This document shows, piece by piece, positions 12,630 to 26,082 of a DNA stretch of 64,000 bases; the first letter of the stretch is position 1, and every line of letters begins with the position of its first letter. The notes below the pieces were generated by a model. The model saw only the letters and a program-made list of their open reading frames with translations. It was not told the DNA's origin and did no database searches. The DNA is from Lingula anatina (taxonomy: Eukaryota; Animalia; Brachiopoda), in the NCBI GenBank assembly GCA_051362555.1, contig CM120647.1, positions 3,534,001 through 3,598,000 on the forward strand, read 5' to 3'. A program made the translations under genes and the position numbers.

Positions 12630-14092
12630 ATGACTGAAAGAAACAATTCCTATTTACAAGGGGGTGATGGACAGGAAGATGAGGAAAACAATTCGTTTTC
12701 ACAGTTATGGGGAAGGGAGGATGACTACGATGATGATTTTTTGTCACGTGGTGATGCTATAAAGCGGGAACACTTAAGCCCTCGAGATTACTGTGTTGAA
12801 AAGCATAGGCGAACATTAGGTTCAGAAATTCCGCACTACTTGTCGAGATTATCGTTTAGGGTTCAATCCCCTAGATAGGGTGCCTGTTACTTTTGCAGTG
12901 CCAATAGAGCATGCAGTTTTTGACAGTATTTTCTCTGAGATAACGGCTGGATTTCAAGGTCACGATTTAATCAGGGTAGTCCTTCAGAGTGACACTTTAG
13001 AACACCCTGTGGGTACTCCCTTTGTGGGCGTGTCAGAATTATCAGCAGACCTATTTTTGGCTGCATTGATGTGTGTGTTGCAAAGTCACGGAGATTTCAG
13101 GTTAGACAGCAAAGTGATATTAAGTATATGTCACATAGCTATGCCACAACCAGGCCTCGTCTCCTGTAACAGACGTAGAGGTTCTATGGAGGTGCATTCT
13201 TTCTTGAAAAATAAAAAATCGGTCGTAACCATTCGTAATAGTGATGAACTTTGTCTAGCTAGGGGATTAGCTGTTGTTATAGCAGCATGATCACCTCCAT
13301 CAAAGGTTTCATGTCGCGTTTGTATTATTGCGTCTCCTGTAATGTAGGGTACGAGAGTATAACCGATCATCTTTGTGCAAACAAATGCAGGTATTGTAGA
13401 AAGGGCACCGATTGTGTTTTTGAAAATTGGACGCGCAGTGAAGACTGCAACAGGGCTTTTCTTTCCCACGCATGTTTTGAGTATCATAAACATGTGGAGA
13501 ATGGGAAGTCAACCTGCAACACTTTTTTTTTTACTTGCAAGAAGTGCAGCAAATTTGTGGTTAAAACTGAAGAAGATCACATTTGCTTCACATATAGTTG
13601 CACTATGTGCAAAGCACGTGTAAAACAAGGACACTTGGGCTACATGCAACCCTTGCAAAGTAAAAATGATCCTGCACAAGGTGAATCTAGCACCTCTAGA
13701 TCTGCAAAGAAAAAGAGAAAAGTCGAAAAAGCCATGCCCTACGTATTCTTTGATTTTGAAGCAATGCAAAAAGGGAATGGCGATCATAAGGCAAATTTAG
13801 TGGTCGCACACAAGGTGTGTAAGCATTGTATCGATAGGGAGGTCGCGCCCACAAGCGAATGTGCGGCATCAGTCTAAATTACACCACCTCACAAATAGTT
13901 AACTTTGAAACTTTGAAGAACATGGTGCACAAAGAAGGCCCAGAAAAAGTAACTGTGATCAATCATAATATAAGGCGTAACGTTACAACTAAGGACCTCA
14001 CTTCAAAGTTAGAAGAAAAGACCTATAGAATGGTCTACACAAAGAGAGCTTTAATGCCAGACGGCATTCACACGCTTCCATATGGTTACTAA
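12630..14092 (+). pseudogene. Polinton pPolB fragments, copy B (longest; core deleted)
   Basis: ORFs 12621-12878, 12880-13290, 13287-13877 and 13859-14092. The deletion joins ...EVAPTSEC directly to GISLNY.... Confidence 0.85.
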
Positions 14093-16681
14093 GCAATTTT
14101 AGATAATTTATAGTATAACTGCATCATTGTACATAATGTACGTATTTCAATAAAACTATGCATACAATTTAATGTCATTTCGTTTTACATCAATTTTTAT
14201 CTATCAATAAATCTGCACAATAGTCTTTAAAGTTATAAGTCCTGTTAGGTCATAACCATACAATCATCTGCCTAATATGTGCAGTCATGCCCCATCATGT
14301 AAATTAGTCACAACAAAATTCCGTTACCACAGCAAACCGGACTTGGCAAAATTACGTTACACGCTGCTTTTACAGGTAATGTAACATGACAAAGATGAAA
14401 GGTAGTGTCTCTCTACCCTCTAAAAAAATTATCTTCTGAAATTGTGAGTAACTGTTATGGTGTTACTCAGTATCTGAGTTGCTGCTCGTTACATGCCATT
14501 TAGAATACAAACACTTAAAACACTTTATTTTAGAATAAATATTAAAAATTTCCATTTCTTCTTGAAAAATAGAAAAAAAGAAATTCTCTTCGTAGTGAAC
14601 AAACTCATCTATGAAAAGGATCATTTAAACTCGGAAATAAATGGATAATAACTTAACAGAAGTGAGAAGGTTAGATGATTTTATTTCACTTTTAGATTTC
14701 ACTGACTTAATAGGTTTTGACCTTTTACCAGATACATCTGACAACAACACCTATTCCAATAGCCTAATAGATGCAGATAGACTTTTAGAATGCTGTGAAC
14801 AATCATTGATTTTGAGTCCTACAGACGTAAATTGACTTAAAAAAAAAAAAAAAAAAAACAATTACCCACAAGGGATGAGGAAAATTATCAGAATAGTGAA
14901 AATCCTGTTAATATTAATCTTTAAAGTCAAGATGGTAGAAGATTTTTTTTAGGTCATTTCTACACAGGAAATGGTTTTACAACTGCTGATATTACTGTTA
15001 ATAGAACTGGAAGTTCCGTTGGGTGCGGAACAAAATCCAATTATTTTGGATTAAACAGTAAGTGATACCTATGCAAACCATGGTTTTCCCAATCTACATC
15101 CAAACAGAAGAGGGGAAAAATTATTTCTTTGTCAAACCTACAGAGGAAATAAAAGTACAACTGCTGATGCTATTTCTAGCAGAATTAGAAGTTCCGTATG
15201 GATTAGAACACAATCCAATTATTTTGGATTTAACAGTAAGTGATACCTATGCAAACCATGATTTTCCCAATCTACATCACAACAGAAGATGGGAGAAATT
15301 ATTTCTTTGTCATACGTACAGAGGAAATAATAATACAACTGCTGATGTTATTTCTAGCAGAAATAGAAGTTCCGCTTGGATTAGAACACAATCCAATTAT
15401 TTTGGATTTAACAGTCAGTGATACCTATGGAAACCATAATTTTTCCAATCTACATCCAAACAGAAGATGGGAGAAATTATTTTGACGTGCTACATGCAAC
15501 CCTTGCAAAGTAAAAATGATCCTGCACAAGGTGAATCTAGCACCTCTAGATCTGCAAAGAAAAAGAGAAAAGTCGAAAAAGCCATGCCCTACGTATTCTT
15601 TGATTTTGAAGCAATGCAAAAAGGGAATGGCGATCATAAGGCAAATTTAGTGGTCGCACACAAGGTGTGTAAGCATTGTATCGATAGGGAGGTCGCGCCC
15701 ACAAGCGAATGTGCGGCATCAGTCTAAATTACACCACCTCACAAATAGTTAACTTTGAAACTTTGAAGAACATGGTGCACAAAGAAGGCCCAGAAAAAGT
15801 AACTGTGATGAATCATAATATAAGGCGTAACGTTACAACTAAGGACCTCACTTCAAAGTTAGAAGAAAAGACCTATAGAATGGTCTACACAAAGAGAGCT
15901 TTAATGCCAGACGGCATTCACACGCTTCCATGTGGTTACTAAGCAATTTTTAATAATTTATAGTATAACTGCATCATTGTACATAATGTGCGTATTTCAA
16001 TAAAACTATGCATACAATTTAATGTCATTTCGTTTTACATCAATTTTTATCTATCAATAAATCTGCACAATAGTCTTTAAAGTAATAAGTCCTGTTAGGT
16101 CATAACCATACAATCATCTGCCTAATATGTGCAGTCATGCCCCATCATGTAAATTAGTCACAACAAAATTCCGTTACCACAGCAAACCGGACTTGGCAAA
16201 ATTACGTTACCAGCTGCTTTTACAGGTAATGTAACATGACAAAGATGAAAGGTAGTGTCTCTCTACCCTCTAAAAAAATTATCTTCTGAAATTGTGAGTA
16301 ACTGTTATGGTGTTACTCAGTATCTGAGTTGCTGCTTGTTACATGCCATTTAGAATACAAACACTTAAAACACTTTATTTTAGAATAAATATTAAAAATT
16401 TCCATTTCTTCTTGAAAAATAGAAAAAAAGAAATTCTCTTCGTAGTGAACAAACTCATCTATGAAAAGGATCATTTAAACTTGGAAATAAATGGATAATA
16501 ACTTAACAGAAGTGAGAAGGTTAGATGATTTTATTTCACTTTCAGATTTCACTGACTTAATAGGTTTTGACCTTTTACCAGATACATCTGACAACAACAC
16601 CTATTCCAATAGCCTAATAGATGCAGATAGACTTTTAGAATGCTGTGAACAATCATTGATTTTGAGTCCTACAGACGTAAA

Positions 16682-16712
<31 letters not shown>

Positions 16713-18538
16713 AAACAATTACCCACAAGGGATGAGGAAAATTATCAGAATAGTGAAAATCCTGTTAATATTAATCTTTAAAGTCAAGATGGTAGAAGAT
16801 TTTTTTTAGGTCATTTCTACACAGGAAATGGTTTTACAACTGCTGGTATTACTGTTAATAGAACTGGAAGTTCCGTTGGGTGCGGAACAAAATCCAATTA
16901 TTTTGGATTAAACAGTAAGTGATACCTATGCAAACCATGGTTTTCCCAATCTACATCCAAACAGAAGAGGGGAAAAATTATTTCTTTGTCAAACCTACAG
17001 AGGAAATAAAAGTACAACTGCTGATGTTATTTCTGGCAGAATTAGAAGTTCCGTATGGATTAGAACACAATCCAATTATTTTGGATTTAACAGTAAGTGA
17101 TACCTATGCAAACCATGATTTTCCCAATCTACATCACAACAGAAGATGGGAGAAATTATTTCTTTGTCATACGTACAGAGGAAATAATAATACAACTGCT
17201 GATGTTATTTCTAGCAGAAATAGAAGTTCCGCTTGGATTAGAACACAATCCAATTATTTTGGATTTAACAGTCAGTGATACCTATGGAAACCATAATTTT
17301 TCCAATCTACATCCAAACAGAAGATGGGAGAAATTATTTTGACGTGCTACATGCAACCCTTGCAAAGTAAAAATGATCCTGCACAAGGTGAATCTAGCAC
17401 CTCTAGATCTGCAAAGAAAAAGAGAAAAGTCGAAAAAGCCATGCCCTACGTATTCTTTGATTTTGAAGCAATGCAAAAAGGGAATGGCGATCATAGGGCA
17501 AATTTAGTGGTCGCACACAAGGTGTGTAAGCATTGTATCGATAGGGAGGTCGCGCCCACAAGCGAATGTGCGGCATCAGTCTAAATTACACCACCTCACA
17601 AATAGTTAACTTTGAAACTTTGAAGAACATGGTGCACAAAGAAGGCCCAGAAAAAGTAACTGTGATGAATCATAATATAAGGCGTAACGTTACAACTAAG
17701 GACCTCACTTCAAAGTTAGAAGAAAAGACCTATAGAATGGTCTACACAAAGAGAGCTTTAATGCCAGACGGCATTCACACGCTTCCATGTGGTTACTAAG
17801 CAATTTTTAATAATTTATAGTATAACTGCATCATTGTACATAATGTGCGTATTTCAATAAAACTATGCATACAATTTAATGTCATTTCGTTTTACATCAA
17901 TTTTTATCTATCAATAAATCTGCACAATAGTCTTTAAAGTAATAAGTCCTGTTAGGTCATAACCATACAATCATCTGCCTAATATGTGCAGTCATGCCCC
18001 ATCATGTAAATTAGTCACAACAAAATTCCGTTACCACAGCAAACCGGACTTGGCAAAATTACGTTACCAGCTGCTTTTACAGGTAATGTAACATGACAAA
18101 GATGAAAGGTAGTGTCTCTCTACCCTCTAAAAAAATTATCTTCTGAAATTGTGAGTAACTGTTATGGTGTTACTCAGTATCTGAGTTGCTGCTCGTTACA
18201 TGCCATTTAGAATACAAACACTTAAAACACTTTATTTTAGAATAAATATTAAAAATTTCCATTTCTTCTTGAAAAATAGAAAAAAAGAAATTCTCTTCGT
18301 AGTGAACAAACTCATCTATGAAAAGGATCATTTAAACTCGGAAATAAATGGATAATAACTTAACAGAAGTGAGAAGGTTAGATGATTTTATTTCACTTTT
18401 AGATTTCACTGACTTAATAGGTTTTGACCTTTTACCAGATACATCTGACAACAACACCTATTCCAATAGCCTAATAGATGCAGATAGACTTTTAGAATGC
18501 TGTGAACAATCATTGATTTTGAGTCCTACAGACGTAAA

Positions 18539-18569
<31 letters not shown>

Positions 18570-18720
18570 ACAATTACCCACAAGGGATGAGGAAAATTAT
18601 CAGAATAGTGAAAATCCTGTTAATATTAATCTTTAAAGTCAAGATGGTAGAAGATTTTTTTTAGGTCATTTCTACACAGGAAATGGTTTTACAACTGCTG
18701 ATATTACTGTTAATAGAACT
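13640..18720 (+). repeat. ~1.85-kb near-identical tandem repeat, ~2.75 copies (units start ~13640, ~15490, ~17347), each containing a 178-bp sub-repeat
   Basis: Identical ORFs recur at offsets of 1850 and 1857 (14641/16491/18348; 13859/15709/17566). The length difference is due to a poly-A tract. The sub-repeat GATACCTATG occurs at 15064/15242/15420. Confidence 0.95.
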
Positions 18721-19636
18721 GACTTAAGAGGTTTTGACCTTTTACCAGATACATCTGACAACAACACCTATTCCAATAGCCTAATAGATGCAGATAGACT
18801 CATGTAAGATCACTTGTGAACTTAAATTGCACTTTAAGACCAAATCCAGCCGACTAGTGTAGGCAGTTAATACTGTATTTTTTATTGTTCCTCTTGACTC
18901 TGTTTTGAGGTATCAAATGACAAGACTTTAACAACAAGACACTAGCGTGTGGCTACCTCAAAGGAGAAGATTAGAAGACCCAGTATCATATCTTTTAAAT
19001 GACCAAGAGGGGACTGAAAGAGTCAATGCTGTAGTTGGAAATATTCTGAGGTATCAAATAACCAGACTCAAACAAGAAGACATAAGAGGGAAGGGAGAAT
19101 TTTTTCACTGTTACAGCAATAAAAAGAAACAGACAAGTCCTTGTGACGTTGTTCCATGACAGGAACAAAGTGAGATTTTTGGCCCCTTTTGCACTATCAG
19201 GTGCTGTCAATATAACTGTAAGAGGGGAGCAGATTTTGTGGTTCAGTACGACAATGTAGAAAAGGGCAACAGAAGGCAAAAGGCTAGAAACCCACTGTTC
19301 TCATCAAAACAAAATCATCCTTTTGTTCAATGAAATAAAATATGCAACAAAAACAGTACGTATGCATTAACGCAACAACAACAACAAAAATGACGTTCAT
19401 TTTTTGTAGTTTCGCACAGTAGCCTTTCACAGTATGCTATCTAAACCCATGTGTGAAGTGGCAATCATATTAAACAAATAGATCCATCTTTCAGGAACAA
19501 CCAATGACTGCTATCTAGGTCACACACACACACACACACACACAAACTGTTCTGGCTGATGGTGGTCAGAAGGTTGACAGCTGATGTATGTGGTGAGAAC
19601 AGCTTAAGACAGCTGCAGATCCAGCAGAGGGCACAT

Positions 19637-19795
19637 CTCAGGGGCAGATGGAGGCCATCTTCTGGGTCTTCCAGAATTTTATGTTTACATTGATGAGCAT
19701 CTAATTTCATCAGTAGAAGACGGTCAAAAATGGAGGACGGATCAACACAGATAATTAAGAAGATTATCAGGAAATATCTCTATATCTGCACCTGC
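19637..19795. mobile_element. ~160-bp MITE (CAGGGGCAGAT...ATCTGCACCTG) in the 3' UTR region of the Macro-TIR gene; related copies at 27847-28012 and 43378-43540
   Basis: Terminal inverted repeats; shared internal ATCTTCTGG...GAAAATATCTCT. Confidence 0.6.
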
Positions 19796-20059
19796 ATTTG
19801 AAATGTGTCCTCTCCTTCAGCTCTGCAGATCCTCTGTTCTTACCATAGTAAAATAAGCAATTTGAAACAAAAACAAATTTTACATCCCTGTGGATGTATT
19901 ACTGCTCTTATCTGCTGGTTCACAATAGTCCCGTGAATTTCTTTTATCCCCACAGCCCCTCCCCTTCCACTTAAGAGGCTGCTGTCCAAGTCACGCCTTT
20001 CTAAGAAGAACATACCTATCTCCAATGTAACCACACCTATCACCCATATGACTAACAAA

Positions 20060-23000
20060 TTATGAGACGCAGCAGGTTCTTGATTTCTTGGTTGCCGTGG
20101 TGACCACATCTACTGCTGTTGCTGCGGACTTGAAGTGCACCTTCTTCTCTGTGTTGTTCTCTGGTTCGGCCATTACTGGGATCTCCTTCATTATCTGGGG
20201 ACAGGAATTATACAACAATTAAGATATGTGAAGACATAAGCACTTTCACGTGGGGGAATATGTGGACCCTTTCATGTTAGTCAAGTTTAAGTTTTGTGTC
20301 AGTGTAAGTATGGGCACTTTGGTGTAATGGAAAAATATGGGTGCTTTTTTAGGAAATTTCTGGACAATTTTGAGTTAAGGAAGATATGGGCACTTTCATG
20401 ACAGAAAAAAATCAATATATGGGCACTTTCTTGAAAGAGAAGTTACAATTCATGTTAGAAGAGGTATAAACACTTTCATGTTAGAACAGATATGGTCACT
20501 TTCATGTTAGAGTATATATGAGCACTTTGGGACAATACAGGTACTTTCATCTTACTGAGAAGAAAATGCATTGGACTAGAACCAATTCATACTGATAGAC
20601 CTTATCATTTAGGCTGATCAAATAACAGATATGTATCAAAAACAGATGTACTATTCCTTGAAGTCTGTGGATCTATAATCATGCAATTATTCATATAAAG
20701 AAAGGTTAATACAGCGTGTTGTTGCTTACCATTTCCTGTGGTATTTTGTCATGCACTGTATTCTTCAGAGTGTCCACATTTTCCATATCTAACTGAGTGA
20801 TGTTGGCAATAACTGGATGTGTCTGACCAGTACTACAAATAATAAAGAGGTAAAGAATATAGCTAAATTAAAAAAATTAGTACAGCCTTTTTGGATTTAT
20901 TAATAAGCACGACCCACAGGAATCTAAAAGAATACATAATAAATAATAATAAATTCAAAATTTTATAAAGAGCAATACATTTCCCATCAAATCAATGTCA
21001 ATAGATTTTTATCTATTTCTTTAAGCTCTGTGAATGGCTGAGGCACAAGAGATCTTGTACCACTTTTCTACCCACTCCAGATCTGAGACCCTTTTTACAT
21101 TACAGTACACTTAAGGTAATGATCTAATGATATTTCTGTTTGATAGATAATTCTTATATATTTTGTAAATGCATTGTTGGCAAAATTGCATCCTTGTTAT
21201 GATCTAAAAATTGATAGGTACCCATTTAAGTTTTATTACTGTGATGATTTGAGTTTTGGATTCAATTTCTTTAGCACTATATGGGAAATTTAATTGTTTT
21301 TGCATAAATTTTCAATTTTCTTCAGAGATGAAGTGCGTTGAACTTCATAGTCCACATCTCCTGGTCATCAGTACATATGGTAGCCATAGTTTAGAAAAAC
21401 TAATAGGTTCCCATGCAAACTGTTTTTAAATAAAACCCCATTTGTATTGCTAGATTGCCAGCACTAGCTGCTGATGCAAATGTGCAACAAAAAGACATTA
21501 ATGCATGGTGTTGTTGCGCAGTGTAGCATAAGGACACTACCTTAAGTGATACAATCTGTACAGGTACAGATCTGTGAAAGGTCCAAACATAATTATGCTC
21601 TTGTGGGATTAACTCCCTTAAACAAGAACTTCACAAATCTGCTTCCTGCTGTTAAGTTTATTGGCAATGTAAAACCTGCAGACTAAGAGCGTGTTCACAA
21701 CAGCAAACTTACAGATCTGCCGATCTCATATGGCTGACTCACTTGATTGCTTGTTGCATAATCCCTGCAGGGAATCTATTCAGTGTCTAATCGAGAATCA
21801 AGTGGCAAGCTTTTTAGTGAGTCATATTTGATCTGTACATCTGTTGGTCCTCTGTTGTGAACGTAACACACAGCCAGGATATTTCATAAATTGTAAATCT
21901 CTCACTGTGAACCCATACAACTACATCGCTAAAGTATACAACATGATGTGAAAAGTTTGTAAATATTGAATAATTTACCTCTTTTGTGACAGTATGTCAA
22001 CAATGTCATTACAGGCCAGGGAAAGAGCCAGCATTTCTTCGTCTGCAACTCTCTTCAGTGGGTTCTTGCCTTTCACGTATCTCTCCACCGTCTGAAGGTC
22101 AAGGCCAAAGTACGGAACAGAGGCATCCCAATCAATCATACCATAGTCATTCCTTTTCATTTTCTTTTCAAGCTGGTTTCGCCAAAGAAAATCGTACAGC
22201 GCAAGCTCACACGGCACAACATGAAGATAGCATGGCTTCCTGGGTAATGGTAAAATATGGATCGGATATAGAATATGAGCTTCTTTGGCTGCTCTTTGAC
22301 GGAACAAAGCAAGCTGGAGTTCTTCCACTTGGATGCTGGATTCGAGATAGGAAGGTGATAAAAAGGTTACAACAACTTTGGCAGAGTCAATGGCTGACAG
22401 TTCCGCACTTGCACTGCCTTCAGCTTTTGATTGGCTCTTTTTACTGACCTTGACCCAAGGCGCCTTCAGGTGCAGCATCTTTTTCAATGCTTGCCCATAT
22501 TGCTCCTCAGATTCAGTATAACTGAGCGCCACATCTATCCCCACAGCTGCTGCTTCCTCAGGCGATGTTTTTTCTGCCTTAGGTGGGTCATTTTCTTTGG
22601 AATCTGACTGTGGTTGCTCACTTTTCTCATTATATTTAGCCTTTGTTTGATTGTTATAAAGTTCTAGTCTTTCCTTGAAGTAGTGCAGTCTGCGCGTCTC
22701 AAGTATCTTTGAAACATTCAGTGGTACCTGAAACAGCACGAAAATGCTAAATCTGATGTACTGTTAAACATGTATTATGTCATTAAATTACTTACTTATA
22801 TGATGATGACACCTCAAAGATCTAGTTCTAGTTCATGTGGATTACCTGTAAAATGTTGAATGGAAGACACCAACAATAAAATTTTTCCTACAACCAAATG
22901 TTCAGATAAAAAGTTAAAGGCCCCCAAAATTGGAACAGCTGGCAAATAAATCCTATGTATATTACACTTTTTTTCCTAAGTCACTGTTAATCAAAAGACA

Positions 23001-25921
23001 GCACCAACATACACTAAATATAGGAATAGTGAAGAAATATCTTAAGGTGTTCTTAATTATTCTGTTTGAAATATAAGAATTAAATAAAGAACATAAAATA
23101 AATAAATAAAGAAATAAACAAAGAAAGAAAATACCCACCGACACTTTGTTGAAGACCAGATCATTCATTTCCTCTGTCTTCAGCCATGACACAACTGATT
23201 TGCATATTGCTATGGCAACAGATTGGAAGGCGTCGCCCATAGCATCTATTGCCTTTACAGAACTGTGGGTCTTTGGGACCTCCCCAACTGGTTCAATGAG
23301 AACAGGGATCAGCTGCCCGTCAAATGTCTACACAAATAAAACAATCAACTGGTTCAATGAGTACAGGGATCAGCTGGCCTTCAAATGACTACACAAATAA
23401 AACAATCCAATATGGTAATAAGTATTGCTATAAAACTCACTACAGGTATATTATAGCTAACATATGAATTCTGTCACTATTCACCACTGTTTGTAGATAG
23501 TGAAAGTAGACTTTTAGGCATGGTACCACTTCACTTCTCTTAAGTTCTCTTTTGTTGTTAAACATATTACTGTGTATGTGTGCATATGTGTGTGCGTGCA
23601 TGCGTGTGTTTGTTTGTCTGTAAGGGGGGGGGGAGGGGGGGAGGAGTTATACAGGCACACCCACCTCTCCCATATGTTTTAACAAGGCCAGGTTATACTC
23701 TTCAGTACACACAGCTGAGCTGAGGTAGGTGGGAGAGAACAGAGCAATGACACACTTTGACCCATCCACTGAGTGATACAACATCTGCTGCCATGACGTG
23801 CCTGGAAGTTATAATAATAATAATAATGTATTTTTAATTAATAATAGTTAAACTCAGTATAAACCAACAGTAATAACAAAATTGCCTTAATTATTAACAA
23901 AGTGGGACATAAAGAAAACGTGAATGAATTAGGCAAATATTATTGCCAACTTATCACCAATTTTTTTGTTAAATTAGCTAAAAATTTTTAAAGTTTCAAG
24001 AAAAAGTAAGCTCCAGAAGCGTTGCATCTAACATACATGTGCATTACGCATGAACAATTGTTACACTATGCTTGGGTTTTTAAGTCACAATAAGTGACGA
24101 AGTAAAATGTGATAGAGTAAAGTTTTTGGGTGTAAGATGAGTCACTGTGGAGGTGCTTTCCTCAAATACTTTTATAGAAACAATATCTTGATGTATGTTT
24201 ATATTTGAGTGCATGGTAAGTCTGCCTCACAGTATTTCTCACTTGCTAAAAGAAATGGCATGCATGACAAAATTATGTTTACACTTCACTTGTATTATAT
24301 AGTCTTCTGAAAATTTCAATAAAATAACTATGACTTTTTGAGCTAGAACTGAACAATTCTTGTCTCTCTCTCGCTCTTGTCTGAGAACTACGACTTTCTG
24401 AAGTGGAAGTGACAGTTGTTGTGTCCCCCTTTTCCTCCCGACAATGCTCTTAGTTAAAAAGACACATACACCACTTGGCAACTAGCTGTAGGTAAAATCT
24501 ACTTGTGATTCATGTACTATGTACGTTCCATAAACCCTGCCAACTCAAGTGATTCTATTTCTGAATAATACATATATATATATCATTATGAACCCAAATA
24601 ACACCATTCAAAACATACCGGCTTTTAGTTCGTTCCTGTCATAAAATATTCTCAGATGAGGATTCAGTCTTGTGAGGGTGTTCAAGAAAAACTTGGCTTT
24701 GTCTGTGTTCTTGTGTGAGTAGGAGATAAACACATCGTAATCTGAAATTGTGTAAAAAACTCTTCTAGATATTCCATTTTTTAAGCAAATGTAAAACACA
24801 GAACAATCAAAAACAATGTAATCTAAAACTTGTGCCCAGTAAAGTTATCATGCTAATAAAACAGTTTATTGTGACTATAAATATTTATACTATTCATAAA
24901 GATAAGGTGAGTTATTCTGTGCTTTTTAAGAAATTCAGTCCTGTTGAGTTTCTTCTAAATCTCATCCAGACTTGTTTACAACTAAAGCTGCTTTTTTTAA
25001 TTTACTCACTCCAGTCTACCATGTTACCAAAGTGAGAACATTGAAGTTTGCTGCACTGTGTTGAAAAGGGCAAAACTAACATCTGATGAACTTCTCATTC
25101 TACCAACAGCATTGTGAATATTTTTCAACACATGAATATTTTTCAAAACAAAAGCTATCATTTCTTCGGCTGCTTTACCAACAGATGCACAATTAATATA
25201 CTAATCACTTTTCGTCTACAACATTTGTAGCTTGGTGGTCACATTTATCCCAACTTCCAATATATGTCAACTATTACCGTAATTAGTATGGGCTTGCTGG
25301 TGGTTTTGCTGCCCTGTGATATCCTTTGCTGAGAGGAGACTGACAAATGTTTTACAGCCTTGGACCACACTCTGAGGCTTGGTGTCAATGGTCCTAAAAT
25401 TTATCACAAAATTCATGTCATTTTTAAGCATTTTCATCAATGGTAATATGAGAAAAAGTCGATATATTAAATTTACATATTCTCTTAGCAAATTATCAGG
25501 CCTGCAGCAAATTTGCTGCAAACTGCAATTCCTCCTTGCAAATTTGCCACAAATTACCAACAATTCAAATTTTTCTTGTGAACTTGTTGCCACAAACTTT
25601 TCATTTTGCTTAGGGTTACTTTGTCCCAGTTTGAAATATTGGACATCAAACTGAATGAATGAATCCATGAACAAATGGAACAAACACAAAAAGTCTCATT
25701 TACTTATACCTTAAGTGATGTAAAAAAAGGTACAAATAAAAGAGAACAATCATTTTGCTTTCCCTGACATTAGTGTGTCATAAAAGAATGGGTACCTATT
25801 TAAGTTAAACAGCCAAACAACACAAGTAAAATATATATCTTTAAAAACATAAATGTCTTTAAAGCCAAAAAATACCTATTTCAAAATGTCACAGGTAACA
25901 CACACACTCACACAAATTCCT

Positions 25922-25981
<60 letters not shown>

Positions 25982-26036
25982 CCCACAACACAGCAATCCT
26001 ACCTGAAGAGCACATACTGCACCAGGCACACGTGCA

Positions 26037-26082
<46 letters not shown>

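Larger units (their letters stand above)
9410..18800 (+). mobile_element. Decayed Polinton/Maverick (adintovirus-like) deletion derivative in head-to-tail array
   Basis: Repeated fragments of protein-primed PolB: N-terminal region (DLIRVVLQSDTLEHP...VLQS...KKSVVTIRNSDELCLARGL), Cys/His zinc-finger array, ExoI-like FFDFE and C-terminal GISLNY...IVNFETLK...YRMVYTKR...TLPYGY*. The polymerase core is missing. No integrase, ATPase, protease, capsid or TIR was recognised. Confidence 0.85.

Noticed and set aside
9190-18542. Functional viral/Polinton genes or an intact endogenous virus
   Set aside because: The polymerase core is deleted, there are many frameshifts, and no capsid, ATPase, protease, integrase or TIR was recognised.
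21975-22739. Stand-alone 254-aa TIR gene, as given in the ORF track
   Set aside because: It has a good acceptor (22728) and donor (21978) in phase with flanking exons, so it is exon 11 of the larger Macro-TIR gene.
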